Source of the DNA: Neoconidiobolus thromboides FSU 785
Lineage: Eukaryota > Fungi > Entomophthoromycota
DNA length: 64,000 bases
Assembly: GCA_025603075.1 (NCBI GenBank)
Contig: MU626276.1
Span: 1-64,000, forward strand
Reading direction: 5' to 3'
This document shows, piece by piece, positions 63,702-64,000 of the stretch. Within the stretch, counting starts at the first letter, position 1. Every line of letters begins with the position of its first letter. The notes under the pieces are model-generated. The model was not told the DNA's origin and made no database searches. It saw only the letters and a program-made list of their open reading frames with translations. Position numbers and translations under genes: made by a program.

Positions 63702-64000
63702 TGAATGTCTAAGAGTTAAAAAGTGCTTTTAAATTTAAATTGCCCATTTCATGTTTAAATCCCATTTACACATTATGATTGGAGAAAATTCGTAATTTTC
63801 AGAAAAGCTTGGAATTTTGCTAGCTAATATCAACTTGATTTGAAGCTGTCGTTTAAAGCCTATTTTATTGGCTTAGATATAAATTAGTCATACTTTCTTC
63901 ATTTTACTGGTAAATTGTGAACCAGCAAATCAAACTAGATAAATAACGAAAAAATGAACAACTATGATTAATAATATTCATAGCTTAACCAAATTTCATA

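Overview
Eukaryotic, very AT-rich, intron-rich fungal genomic DNA. Introns are mostly 43-57 nt GT..AG. Gene content and composition suggest an early-diverging fungus, possibly Entomophthoromycota such as Conidiobolus (inference). I find about 21 protein-coding genes: three AA11-type chitin LPMO paralogues (one cut by the window edge), an F-box/LRR protein, two SLC25 carriers, a secreted two-repeat protein resembling a prokaryotic uncharacterised family, a fasciclin protein, a PY-motif membrane protein, pyruvate carboxylase, an M28 glutamate carboxypeptidase, three tandem Zn2Cys6 factors, a secreted lysozyme/GH19-like protein, DBP2, ITFG1/LINKIN, a cysteine-synthase-like protein, MTO1, an Xbp1-type APSES factor, RPL39 (missed by the ORF track) and a Tra2-like RRM protein. 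Most interesting signals: (1) a family of 16 ~100-bp foldback MITE-like elements with 2-bp T-N target duplications, CpG-decay variation, one perfect 44-bp-arm hairpin copy and a near-identical inverted pair; (2) sharply bounded identical tracts between diverged paralogues in both the Zn2Cys6 and AA11 clusters, suggesting patchwork gene conversion; (3) the long, structured DBP2 intron at the conserved autoregulatory position; (4) a TCGA cluster upstream of the Xbp1-like gene. No tRNA, rRNA or CRISPR array is supportable. All alignments, counts and splice models were read by eye, without database searches.
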